This document shows positions 42,063-54,445 of a stretch of 64,000 nucleotides of DNA, piece by piece. The stretch is taken from assembly GCF_018350175.1 (NCBI RefSeq), contig NC_058368.1, forward strand, positions 156,552,001 to 156,616,000. The letters run 5' to 3'. Position 1 is the stretch's first letter, and each line of letters begins with the position of its first letter. The notes beneath the pieces are model-generated. The model made no database searches. It was not told the origin of the DNA and was given only the letters and a program-made list of their open reading frames with translations. A program made the position numbers and the translations under genes. This DNA comes from Felis catus (lineage: Eukaryota).

Positions 42063-43501
42063 TTCCACAACAAATTTAAATTATATTTTCTCATTACTTT
42101 TTCATCGTTTTGGAGTTAAGAAAAAAATTATGGTAACCAAGTGCTTTACAAAATCTTTCATTAAAAAGGTATATGAGAGTTGGTACAATTTAAATCTAAA
42201 ATTTAAAACAAGGCATGGCTAAAACTGTAAAAGAATAGCCCATATGCTAGATGATGATACAAAAAATGATCTACAGCTGTGCTAATAATTAGAATACTAT
42301 GTCTACGGGTAATATTTTGCTAATTCCAAATATACTTCAATAGTGATCTGGTATTTTAAAGAAGTAGTTATATAAAGTTTCCTGAGGTCATATGGAAAAA
42401 ATATGTCTATGTGTATGTCTAAATATAGATGCATGTACAGGCAAACCAGTTTTAACAAGTTATTAAAATTGAAATTCTTTCAGGAAAAGAGTCACCCTTT
42501 TTGTTTTCCTTCTTTTCTTCCTACCCTGATCACTGTCCTTTTAGAGCTACTTTCATTACTTTTATCTATAATTGTGAAAACAATGTAATCTGTATTTCTA
42601 TGTAGATAGATATTGCATTTGTAATGCATGCACTGTCTTCAAACAACCAAAGATCCCACTGTTTACGGTGAATTGATTAGATGTAAAACAAAACTAATTT
42701 TAGGCTTCTAATAGCACAGAAAATTGTTCAATATTTTAACACACACAAATGAGTTCTGTATGCTTTATCGCCGTAACAAAAACATTTTACTTTAGCTGTG
42801 TTAATTGGGAGTAAACAGTTTTTTAAAGAGGTAGCTTAGTACCCTTTCTTAACTTGATAACAAACCTAATTTAAGACTGTGTCTAATTACAGGATATCAA
42901 GCCTTATTTATCACAGAAAAATCAGATGTGCTGATTTTCTATTTTCCTAGCTAAAAATGCCAATAAAAGTTCACTTCTAAAAGATCGTAGTCAAAATCTA
43001 ATTAACAGGGAGGTTTCCCTTAAAAGATGGAGCCCCTCTCTTGTGGATTAGAGGGAAGAGCTTTACGCAGGGCTCGCTTTACACACACCTGCATCATACC
43101 TGTGGGTGGTCGTCTGGACATATATTTGAACCTCGGCTTTTGGTGTTCTCTCTTACACATTCCATGGCAATCAGACAGTATTTTATGTTCAAAATGATCA
43201 TTCTTACGCCAATGCATGAATACATATCCATTCTATGCAGCACCTACAGTATCCCCTTTCCATTCTGACCACCCCCATCTAATTTATTAGTTTGGTATTG
43301 TCCTTGCTTGATCTTTTAAGGAAAGGAAGGGAAGAGAGAGAAAGAAAGAGAAAAAGAAAGAGCCATTTCACATAAGTAGATGATCAACAATTCCATAGGC
43401 TTCCCCCCCTCTATACTTCCAAAGTTTATTTGAATTTACTTAGATGTTTTACAGATACAATCAGGTCTTCCCAGAGGGGTTAATCTTTCCTTGCTCTTTA
43501 C

Positions 43502-43576
43502 CTGTTTAGAGAGTCTGTTTTCCTCTTCAATGTACTTCTGTTCTTTGGGTATTAATGTTCGTAAGCTGGCTTTCAC
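43502..43576 (-). CDS. MCTP1: MCTP1 internal coding exon (75 nt, phase 0-0): VKASLRTLIPKEQKYIEEENRLSKQ
   Basis: tgtatag|GTG AAA GCC...TCT AAA CAG|gtaaag. Open frame; peptide matches the recalled MCTP1 post-C2 linker. Confidence 0.95.
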
Positions 43577-43956
43577 CTATACATCAACATATGTGTCTGT
43601 TATGGATTAATATATTACAAACGTTTACAAGTTTTTCACGCAGTTCGATTTGCAATAATTCCTAAAGTTTCAAAGTCCTGGCTGCTGTGCTCATAAAATA
43701 TAAATGTATACAGTTGCACATGCATGCGCTTCCATTTCTTACGCCGGCAGGCAGCGGCCGAAGCACAGCCGCAGTGGCAGCCGCCAACTATAACAGAAAG
43801 TGTGGGTGTGCCAGGCAGTGGCAGAAGCGTATTCTCCAGGATACATCAAGGTTTAGAGAAAATGAGGAATGACAGAAATTCTCTACAAATCAGGAACAAA
43901 AGCTTTCATGAAACTGAACTCTTTAGCAGTACAAAAAAGCCAAAGTTAAGACTTAC

Positions 43957-44058
43957 AGCATTAAAAATCACATCTATTTCAAGATAGATGACCCCCTTTG
44001 TTGGCCCTGTCAGCTGCTTGTTTTTCAAGACGTAGGCTTTCTGTTCACCATTTTGAAT
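43957..44058 (-). CDS. MCTP1: MCTP1 internal coding exon (102 nt, phase 0-0): IQNGEQKAYVLKNKQLTGPTKGVIYLEIDVIFNA
   Basis: cttttcccgcag|ATT CAA AAT...TTT AAT GCT|gtaagt. Encodes the C-terminal strands of the C2 domain, in frame with both neighbours. Confidence 0.96.
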
Positions 44059-44387
44059 CTGCGGGAAAAGGACATGACAGCCGTCTGTCTCGCGGTCTCC
44101 ACTGAATACACTCCCTCAGTGACCTTTGACCCCCAGCTGCTGAAACTGACAGAGAACCCAAAACAACTGTGGCAATTCTGACAAGTACCTGTTCATTACC
44201 AGGATCAAGTCTGTCAGGAAAAATTAACTATCATGGGATTCAACATGGCCGTGAATTGAGTATGTTAAAATTTTTAGTGTTCTTATTACAGACCTTGGTT
44301 GAGAAATGACAGATACAGAGCTGAGGGGTTTTTTTTTTCCTTGAGCAAAAGCAACACAGAGCAGTGTGTCAGGTGAATAAAACTTAC

Positions 44388-44490
44388 AGACAGCAATGGT
44401 ATAGCAACTTTGCCCAGAAAGTCAGCACTTCGATCCCGATCTTCATCATAAACTGTCACTTCAAGAACTGAATGGATATCTTTAATGTTG
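44388..44490 (-). CDS. MCTP1: MCTP1 internal coding exon (103 nt, phase 2 to 0): [34 protein letters not shown]
   Basis: tgcag|C AAC ATT AAA...TTG CTG TCT|gtaagt. Contains the C2 Ca2+-binding loop VYDED...DFLG. Lies within supplied ORF 44286..44546. Confidence 0.97.
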
Positions 44491-45627
44491 CTGCATAATA
44501 AATACACATAAGAAGAAAAGACTTCATCAGTGGGGAACAAGAACAAAAATGCTTTTGAAAATTTAGATGGCTCCAGCTGATTTTGTGTGTATGTGTTTTT
44601 ATGTATGCTATTTGCATATACACATATACAAGGTAGCTTGGTATCTGACAGAATTTCCCATAATGCACCTTAGTAGACTACAGTGATGGTTCTATTATCT
44701 AGAACTTTGAACATCACTATAATTTCAAGTTATAATTTTTTAATGAAATATAATCTTCCATCTGGATGGGCACAGAATAAGTTATTGTAAAAAAAAAACC
44801 ATCAATAAGTGGCACTGATGTTTTTGAGACTTTTCCTTCTAATTATTATCACAATAATTTCTACCTTCCTATTAACCCCATGTAAAACTTCAGTAAATTT
44901 GATATCAGCAAGAGTCACAGTATATTTTTCTTTTTTTGTAACAGTAGGACATCTTTTTGTTTACAGTTCTTAACAAAACTTCTGGTAGTTTTATAGTAAA
45001 AATTAACCAACACATAAAACAGAATGGAGAAAATGTAACACTGATAGCTTTTGTACCACCCCAGGATTTAGAAATTAAATAGTGTTCCATTATGTTCCAC
45101 AGACAACGTATGTTAATAAACAACTGTGTGAGCTCTGCATTTTTGTTTCTGGAAAAATAAACCCCAATTGCTGACAGCATTGATTCTTTGATCAAACTGT
45201 TTACCAAGAAAACATGAATTAAGAGAAAACAAAAAAAATGAATATATTCATTACTGAAAGACTGCAACCACATGTGAGAAGAGGCTTTATCAGGGCACAA
45301 TCAATTAATGGCTTTGATAATAATCAAACCTATTCATTCAATTATGCATTCCAGGGAAAAACACTCTCAACAACCTTCTTAGGAGTGCAAGTCTCCTGAC
45401 CAGGCTTTCATCTCTTATAAAAATGTGGAATTCCTTAAAGATAAATTGGTCAGATAATTAAATCTGATTAGTTACTGGCTCTTAAGCTGAGACATTATAA
45501 GAAATTAATGAGGAATTTAGCAGTTTTCATATACAAGAAAATAAAACTATGTTAGAAAACTTTTAAGAAGTACTCTGTTTGGAGAGTTTTCCTTTGTTCA
45601 GAGTTCATTTCTAAAGCCCAGTTAAAA

Positions 45628-45631
<4 letters not shown>

Positions 45632-45673
<42 letters not shown>
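45632..45673. repeat. (AC)n microsatellite, (UG)n in the pre-mRNA
   Basis: Read directly. Confidence 0.97.
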
Positions 45674-45675
<2 letters not shown>

Positions 45676-46264
45676 CGAACTTAGGAGATACTATGGTGTA
45701 GATCGGCAGCTTTTTTAGCGTGTAGTCAAAAGATTTATAAACTTTTTTTTTTAAAAAAAGAAAAATCAACCTAAATGGTGATCTGGTAACTAGGACAATA
45801 CTTAATGTTCTTATTGTACTAAAATGCAATAAAACAAAACTAAAGCATCTCTGAATTCGAGACTGAATTGTTTGCTGATTTGAGCAATGGAACAAATAGA
45901 GCTTTGTCCTCCCTGGTGTCAGTGCATTTGGGGGGAATTTCAATAGAAAGCATAAAAGGAAGAAGCAGTATGGCAATTCAGTTAATGGGAGCAAAACCCT
46001 TAGTCAAATCATATAAAAACCTCAGTTTAAAAAAAAATCTGTGAAAACCCAGAAAAACAGCATACGCTTTCCCCAGGCTTCACTATCAGAAAGGTAGTGC
46101 AATTATGCTATTCGGTGTTGCCAGCAAAGGCAGTCCAGATGTGCTGAGTTGTTAATCGGTCAAGAATAAACACACACACACACAACACGCACACACACAA
46201 ATATCTCAAAAATAAATATTATTAGCTCCAGTTTTGAAATGAGCTCAAGGTAATGATTACTTAC

Positions 46265-46367
46265 AATGTGAAGATTTTGTTCCACTCAGGATTGAGATTT
46301 TTGTAGACGGTGTGTGTTAGCAGCCTATCATTGTTCAGTTCCACTACACAAAATGGGTCACTTTTGC
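46265..46367 (-). CDS. MCTP1: MCTP1 internal coding exon (103 nt, phase 1 to 2), C2 domain: (G)[33 protein letters not shown](F)
   Basis: Minus strand reads ...ctcttatag|GC AAA AGT GAC CCA TTT TGT...ATC TTC ACA TT|gtaagt. Has the C2 motifs SDPF and NLNPEWN, and the frame joins the next exon (TT+C = Phe). Peptide recognised as MCTP1. Confidence 0.96.
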
Positions 46368-49040
46368 CTATAAGAGATTTGGGGGGGACATTTTCAGTAC
46401 AAATAGCACCCACAGTTCACAGGGTCATGAGCACGACTACATCTCTTTTCTACAGAGTTTTATAAAAAACAAAAACTATTGTACAGTTTAAAAAATTTAA
46501 AAACAACATCAAAATACAGTTAGACATAACTGGGTAATGTTAACAATTGTTGTGATTCAGAGCAATTTAGAGCCTGAAAAAAGTGGAAGAGAGAAAATTA
46601 TATAGCTGGTATTTCAATTTGCACTTTTTTTTAATACAAAAATAACACTACTGCCAATTATGAGAGAAGATGTGATGCCAGTTTATCCCTAAGTCAATTT
46701 GTATTTAATTCTATAATGATCCTTTGAAAGGCTCAATCCCTTCACTTTTATGCATATATTTTCCAACTCCTCTGACTCATTAGTAACTTATAACAGAAAC
46801 TCCTAAACAAGTTTATGTTGGGAAAACTGCTTTATTACAGAATTACTCCATTTTAATGTACCTTCAGATTCCCTCCTGAAATATCTATGGCATCACAAGA
46901 AGGTAAATTAGACCCTCTGAGGCAGAAGAAATTCTGCCATTTGAATCCTAACCGCTCAACCAGTCTGCATGTTAAAGAGCAGTATTTTTTTCCTGTCCAC
47001 TGAGAGTAAAGAATTTGGAAGTTATCATCTGTTTACAGGGACTCTGTTCTGCCATAGTCAAATCTTGTCCATTCGGCAATTATATTGTGTGATATCCTCA
47101 ATATTTCGTAATGTCATGTGAGGTATTATAAGAACCCCATAAAGTCAGAGGCTCTTTGGGGCAGCATTAATGATATTAGTGCAGCATGTAATTTGTTTGA
47201 TACCTTATACAAATGACAATGAAATCAATATTTAGACAAAGCTGTCCAGAGGTCATATCTTTTAAACTACAATATTGATTTAGACTACATAAGAGGTTAA
47301 TGTGCATATTATTAACTTTAATGATAAAGAATAATTGTTTTAGATGCATTGTGAATTGTAGTCACTGTAGTTTACACTTCTGTGAAAGCTTAAATATCAT
47401 TGAAGATTTTCAATTAAATTTTAATAGGAAGGAATTCATTAGCTATCAGGGACGGATAAGCTACGTGTTCCCTCACAGCAGTGTATTTACTTTCCATGTT
47501 GTAATTCTTAAAGTGAGCTGTACCAACTTTGACTCACCTTTAATTGAACGTATTAGTTTTATATTAAAAAAAGAGATTAAATATACGTGTGTTATTTCAG
47601 TGGCCTCATATACCCCAGGTTGATTGCATACTTTAACAGCATGGTAGTCTTTTCAATTTTTGGTCATAGGAACAATTTTGACTGAAGAGTAGAGACTAGA
47701 AAGCCTTTGAGCACTGGTAGAATTTTTATCTCTGCCTTAGGATCTGTATTATCCTTTTTCATACACAATGTGGAAATGAGAATTCAAAAAAGAACAGTTT
47801 GTTCATTAAAACACAGTGCAATAGGTTTTATACGCCACATCCACAATTTTATTTTCCTCCGTGAATTCAAGTATAAGCATAAAAAGTAGATTTGAACAAT
47901 TTCTAAAACCTCACTTCTTTTCACGTAGCTTTGTGCTGGGCACTATAGTGTGCACAAAAGAAGAGGACATAAACCACCACCTCAAATAATTTATTAAAGG
48001 GTGGGACGGAGAAAACACCTATCTGTAATGATCAGAGAGAAAATTAAGGCCATATTTAATAGAATTCAATGTCAAAAGAGTAATTATTTTACTATCACTT
48101 TAGATAGAACTTTAGATTAAGTGACAAGTGTTGGTAACTTTTACTTAAAAAGCCAAGCGTAACGTTCACACTCTTCCTGGAACCTCCTTTTAATCTTTCT
48201 CATATATGTGTACATTCATGTAAATCTTAATTTAGTAAAAAAAAAAAAAAAAAAGAAAAGAAAAAGAAAAAAAGACTACATAAAGAGAACACTTATTGGC
48301 ATTTTTGTTTCCTTATTTTCACTTGCTTTATTTCAGTTACTATTATATTTCAATTGACTTGGTTTTACTTGCCCTCAAGTGATCAACAATGTGTAAGAGA
48401 TTCAGTCAAAGTTGCACCACTTTTTCAATTGCAAAACACAAGAACAAACTTCAGAGACCAATATCTATTGGGGGAAAAATTACTTCAAACTTCTATCAGC
48501 AGAAGATGAAAATCCTCCCTTGATTTTTTTTTTTTTCCCTACAGGAATTATATTCAATGGTGTAAGAGGCTTTCAACCCCATGGAAAGTCTCTGAACTCA
48601 CCACCTTCTTTGTTACTCTATCTGTATTTGCTGACAAAAGATATGGAGTCTTAAAGAAACAAAGTCTGTTCTTAATGATTAACTCTTTCCATATCTTGTT
48701 AAGAAACGAATACATTTATCAAACCCTATGCCCATGAGGCAGTGTCCATCCTTATTTTCTTACCATTTACTTGATTATTTTTCAAGACCATTCCTAGACA
48801 AAACTGATGTCCTCTGTCTACCATCCATTCTCAGTCATTGTTTTCTATTAGAATGAAGATGTTAAAGCCCTGGAGACAATGCTGCACCAAAAATAGTGTG
48901 AGAACCCTCTGAAGCCACTTCTCAGTCATTTTGCTGGACTAAATTCCAGTGGCATCCATCATTGGCAAAAATATTCACTCATATGTACCTGCTTATAACT
49001 TGAAATGGGTAAGCAATGTAATTTTTAAGAGACCATATTA

Positions 49041-49285
49041 GGGCGCCTGGGTGGCGCAGTCGGTTAAGCGTCCGACTTCAGCCAGGTCACGATCTCGCGG
49101 TCTGTGAGTTCGAGCCCCGCGTCAGGCTCTGGGCTGATGGCTCGGAGCCTGGAGCCTGTTTCCGATTCTGTGTCTCCCTCTCTCTCTGCCCCTCCCCTGT
49201 TCATGCTGTCTCTCTCTGTCCCAAAAATAAATAAACGTTGAAAAAAAAAATTAAAAAAAAAAAAAAAAATTTGTTAATAAAAAAA
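49041..49285 (+). mobile_element. Young SINEC_Fc with long A tail and perfect 15-bp TSD
   Basis: Head gggcgcctgggtggcgcagtcggttaagcgtccgacttcagccagg with CpGs intact. TSD aagagaccatattag at 49027-49041 and 49286-49300. Confidence 0.97.
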
Positions 49286-49497
49286 AAGAGACCATATTAG
49301 ACACTGTACCAAATGGAATGGCACTTACATTAAAAAAAAGAGCCTTTTACCTCAGACCAAACTACCATTTAACTTAGCTTTAATTAAATGTATTTAAGCA
49401 TAAGTCACTAGGCAAGACCTTTCCCAATAACTGTGTTGTATCTTAGCAGTTAGTCGGCCACACACATGCGAAGAGCTGGCTAATGTTTTGACTACAG

Positions 49498-50160
49498 ATT
49501 CATTCACTCAACAAATAATTATTACTTACCATGTACCAGGCAGTGTTCTATGTGTTGAGAATGCAGAGGCGCATAAAATAATAATAATAATCCTGACCTC
49601 GTGGTGGTTACATTGAGGAAAACGATAGACAATGCATACACACATTTTATGGTACTTTAGAAGGTGATAAGTGCTATAGAGAAAAACATCGGGAGGACAA
49701 TGAGGAGTGCTTGTATATATGTGCAATTTTTAAAAGGACTGTCAGAGAAGGTCTCACTGAAAAAGTTCCGCATGGGCAAAAAGAAACGAAAGAGCCAAGG
49801 GAGTGAGCTTTGGGCTACCTAGAACAACAACAGATTGTGGAAAGATCAGAGAAATAGCTGTGCCTTGTGTTTCTAGGAATATCCAAGAAACCAGAGTGAC
49901 TGAAGGAATAGACTGGGAGAGGGGGACAGTATTCGATGAGGTATGGGGAGGGTGGCAGGTCTCTTTAGAATACGTTTCCTCTAGAAGTGCTAGGGGAAGC
50001 TTTTGGAGGTATTTGATCTGATGGCTGCTATTTGGAGAGTAAGGTGGAGAGAGGCCAATGGAGGAGGTAGCAGAAGAGTGAGGAGGATACTGTGATACTC
50101 CAGGTGATGGAAAGTGATTGGATTCTGAATGTATTTTGAAGGTAGAACCAACAGGGCTTG
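49498..50160 (-). mobile_element. L2 3' fragment
   Basis: Starts attcattcactcaacaaata...taccatgtaccaggcagtgttcta (reverse complement of the L2 3' end) and ends ggattctgaatgtattttgaaggtagaaccaacagg. Confidence 0.8.
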
Positions 50161-51354
50161 AAGATACCAAAAGTAAACAATCTACCATGCCTGATACTGT
50201 TATTTGCTGATGAGAAACAATTTATTGAGCTTAGCTAAGTCAGTCTTTTTTCCCAAGGACTAGAAGCATTCAACAAAGTGCTCAGAGTAGCTTTCTCTGG
50301 AATCTGGTAAAGAGGAAAATTTACGTAAGGAGAGAGCAGCCAATTTTATATTTAACTTCTCTTCAACTTTTCCTTCTAAAAAGTTATGTTTTTACAGTTA
50401 TCAGTAACGGATGCCAACATCAGGTCTTTACACACTGTTATTTTCAACTAATTTAGAAAGTATCCTTCTGCCACTGCATGATTCAAGGGTAATTAAAAAT
50501 TAACAGCAATTTCAACCAAAATAATAGTAAACGTACAATATCAAATTCTATAAACTTACCACTAAAAAGCATTCACCATAGTTTTATTTTAAAGAAGTGG
50601 CTACACATAGTTAATGTGCTTATCCGGCTTGCTAAATGATGCTTTAAATGACTGGCTTTTCAGTTTCTAAATTTTGCAGCCTTGATTATGTGCCACTTAA
50701 ACAACTGAAAACAATCACAGAAATACCAGTGATGGACCTAACCATTAATTATCTCCTTAATTATTCCTTCTTTTCATCCTTTTATCGTTCCAGTTAGACC
50801 CCGTGATATGCTGCTTTGCTTGTTGAGAGTATCTGAGGAGAGGGATTGACTACAGGAAGCAGTGTTGATGTCTATTAAGAACACGGTATTCTGTAAAGCC
50901 CTAGAGAGTGATGCAAAGATGCTGCTTGTAATGATTTCATTCAATACTGTATGGCTACAAGTGCAAGAAATTAAGGCAGCATGCAAAGTTGAACTTCGTC
51001 TCTGATTATTTTGAGCTATTTAAACAGCCTAAATGTATGAGAACAGATTACATAATCGCTCATCTCCCTCTTATTCTAGTCATAAGGCTAAAGCTGACCT
51101 GTGGGTACCAACTGGTTTTCCCTTAACGTTCACTGTTTTGGCTAAAAAGCGCCTATCCTCTCCTTTGCAGTGCAGGTAAATGAAGATACGGGTTTGGATG
51201 CAAGATAGAAATTGCAGCGCTTGGCGGGGACTGGAGCAGTGGGGTTGATTGCATTAACCACCATGACTGCTAACAGAGAGTCTTAGCCTTGCTTGAGAAC
51301 ATTGCAATTTTCCATGTTGACAATCTTCTAGAGAGAAATAGGAATACCTTTTGA

Positions 51355-51560
51355 AGCACTCATTACTTATTGAATGCCTGCTCTTCTCACCCCAGAATTA
51401 TAAGTATGATTAAGACATAGTCCAGCACTCAAGGCACGCACAATTTAGTGGGCATGATAGGCATGTAAATACACAATTATAATGCAGGATTGCAAGTGCT
51501 GTAATAAAGGTAAGTGAAGGGTGCAATGGAAGCAATGAGAAAGAAGCAGATCATTCTCTA
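51355..51560 (-). mobile_element. Old L2 fragment
   Basis: cattacttattgaatgcctgc...catagtccagcactcaagg...taaatacacaattataatgcag. Confidence 0.55.
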
Positions 51561-53157
51561 ACTCTAGAACAGGAAGGGCTGAGAGGCGAGGACTTCCTCA
51601 GTGGATGAGCTGACCCTGGTGATCTGTGGTGATGACGCATCTCTATCACCAACAATTTTAGAAGGACAATTACCTAAAAAAAAGACTTTAACAATTTATG
51701 ACAAGCAATGTTTAGCTTAAATTTATCTCTTTATCCTTTTAATAGGGTCTCTACAACACAAAAACTTAAAAACATGTTATGTAATGACTATAAAGTAGAT
51801 ACTTAAAAATACTGGGTTAGGACTAATGCATTTGTCCATAATCTAGTTAAATACGAGGGGCTATTCTTTTCCCCCTATGGATTTTTATAGGGGGAAAAAA
51901 CCTCCCGCAGGAATGAGAATTGGAGGTTCTTCTATCTTAACTCAAAAATAAATCTATAACAAATTTTAAAGCATATGCTCTAATACCTAAATTCTTCTGG
52001 TGAAAAGCCATTCCCACCACAGTAAAAACAGATGTCAGAATTGTCTCCAATGGGCATCTTTTCTGGCAATCTTCAAAACAGCACTGAGGAATAAATAGGA
52101 TGCAGTGACTGGCTAATTCTCTCTCACTCTTAGCTCTTGCTCTTTGAGGTCACAACACTGACATATTTATAAAGAACTGTGGGAAAGTCTGCACCACCCC
52201 TGCTTGCTTGTTACCTGTTATGTGGGCAAGTGGACGACTTCACTTTGTGCAAACTACTGGTTTGAGCATTAAAGTCACTCAAAAGATACTGAGAGATATT
52301 CTTGCTCCCAGAATAGAAAGTTAATCCTGATCCATCAGTGGTGGGCTTTGTCCAGGGTCATTTTGCTGCTGACAAGCAGCACAGTTTGCTGGATGTGATG
52401 TGTTATAGAACTGTGTGTGTAGGGGGCTACGCAGTGACCACCTCTTTGTTGCCCTGTCTCTGAAAACACAGAAGGCTTTCAATAGCATGGAAAGCAATTC
52501 ATATCCAATGGGGCCTTTTATTTGGGGCCTACCTTGCACAAATTAAGCTCCTTGGTTTAATTTCCTCAGGTGTCACAGTTTGAAATGGCTATACTTTAAT
52601 CTTTTTAAAAAACTTATAATCATGATTGCCCTCTGTCCTTTCCACAAACTGGAATTTCAATCATAACATATAACAATGTTCTACATACATGAGGGAATTG
52701 CACAGGGTCCAGCAAAACAAAAAAACAATGTATGTCAGATATATCTTGCAATCCCTCCCTTATCACTGGAGATGGGGGTTTGACCTTTGCTTTTTTCATC
52801 AACTGACCTAAACACAGTTTAAATGTATGATTGGTAGAAATACATTAACTGAACTCCTCACTAGGTTCCCAATGGGTCTGATTCTGGGACCGAGTAATGA
52901 TAATTGGACTTCTCTTTCCTCACGAAGTCACGACGCAGGTTTCCTTGTGTCAGGAAAACCAGCCCCCTACAATTGTGGCTCTCAGCCCATAAGATGTAGT
53001 ACATCTTTTTTCATATTGAAGATTTTATAATGTCTTCCTTACTACTTTGAAATTAAACTGACCCAATCATGATTTCAAGATTTCATATAATGCATTAATG
53101 CCATGATAAAGGAGCACTAAATAGAAAGTTGTTTATAATAAAACCATGTTTTTTTTT

Positions 53158-53700
53158 TCATTCAACAAATATTTATTGAGGGCCTACTATATGCCAGAAC
53201 ATACAAACAGAAAAAGGAAAGGTCCCTGCTCTCTTGGAGTCTGTTTGTGGTGGGGAGGGAGGAAAAAGAGACTAAATACTGGATACAATTAACAAGTATA
53301 TTTTATGTTAGAGAGTGATACATGTTAATGTAAATAGAACAAAATAGAGCAGGAAAAAGGATTTGAAGAATGCCGAGAAGGGGCACAGTTTATAAATTTA
53401 ATTAGTGTGGTTGGAGTAGTCCTCGTTGAGAAGGTGAGATGTGAGCAATGAACTGAAGGAAGTGATGGAGTAGTCAAAAGGCTACCTGGAGATAAAGGTC
53501 CCAGGCAGAGGCAAGAGCTAGAGCAAAGGCTTGGTGTGCTCAAGCACCCTGATGGTGGGGCGCAGTGAGCAATGGGAAAAATTGTAGAACATGTCAGGGA
53601 ATTAATGGGTAACCAGATCATGAAGGGCTGTGGAGGCAATCCTAAGGTCTTTGGTGTTTGCAGTATAAAATGGCAGCCATTTGTAAGACTTGAGTAAATA
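53158..53700 (-). mobile_element. L2 3' fragment
   Basis: tcattcaacaaatatttattgagggcctactatatgccag...gaaggtgagatgtgagcaatgaactgaagga. Confidence 0.85.
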
Positions 53701-53749
53701 ATATGTTTTTCAGAATGTAATCTAGGTTCAGATAATCATGAAACAGATT

Positions 53750-53965
53750 TAAAACCTATGTCAATGTCTATATTTAATCATGCGGCACATAGGACAAGTT
53801 TCACTACTTAAAATTGTCTAATACTTTGTAAGATATTTAACATCCGCAACCTACTCCCACCAAATACTAACAGTGCTCCCTAACCACTCTGGCAATTCCA
53901 TTCTCCCATAAAGCTCTAAAATGCTCAAGGGGGCAATACTGCCCTCCTCCAAATGAGAATCACTG
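53750..53965. mobile_element. MER20-like hAT element
   Basis: Ends ...gggggcaatactgccctcctccaaatgagaatcactg, a hAT-type terminus. Confidence 0.5.
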
Positions 53966-54014
53966 CCCTACAGCAACAGTTCTTAAACATTTTGGTCTTT
54001 AGGTACCCTTAAAA

Positions 54015-54229
54015 TTTTTTTTTAAATTTTTTAATGTTTATTTATTTTTCAGGGAGAGAGAGAAAGAGAGAGTAAACGGGGAGGGGCAGAGAGAGAGGGA
54101 GACACAGAATCCAAAGCAGGCTCCAAGCGGTCAGCACAGAGCCAGATGTGGGGCTTGAACTCACAAACCGAGAGATCATGACCTGAGCTAAAGTCAGATC
54201 CTTAACCTACTGAGCCACCCAGGTGTCAC
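54015..54229 (-). mobile_element. Can-SINE
   Basis: Poly-T, tttatttattttt, GA tract, ...actgagccacccaggtgtc. Near-direct repeat aggtac(c/t)cttaaaa at 54001 and 54230. Confidence 0.93.
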
Positions 54230-54254
54230 AGGTACTCTTAAAAATTTTTGAAGG

Positions 54255-54445
54255 AGGGACACTGAGTGGCTCAGTGGGTTAAGCGGCCAACTTTGGCTCA
54301 CATCATGATCTCACAGTTTGTGGGCCTGCACCCCATGTAAGGCCCTCTGCTGTCAGTGCAGACCCCACTGTGGATCCTCTGTCCCTCTCTCTCTGCCTCT
54401 CTCCTGCTCATGCTCTCTCAAAATTAAATAAAAAATTAAAAAAAA
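54255..54445 (+). mobile_element. Can-SINE (older), head-to-head with the preceding copy
   Basis: agggacactgagtggctcagtgggttaagc...ctctctctgcctctc...aaaattaaataaaaaatt. Confidence 0.92.

Noticed and set aside
49754..50188. Longest ORF (144 aa, Ser/Pro-rich)
   Set aside because: Lies within a decayed L2 element and has no recognisable domain.
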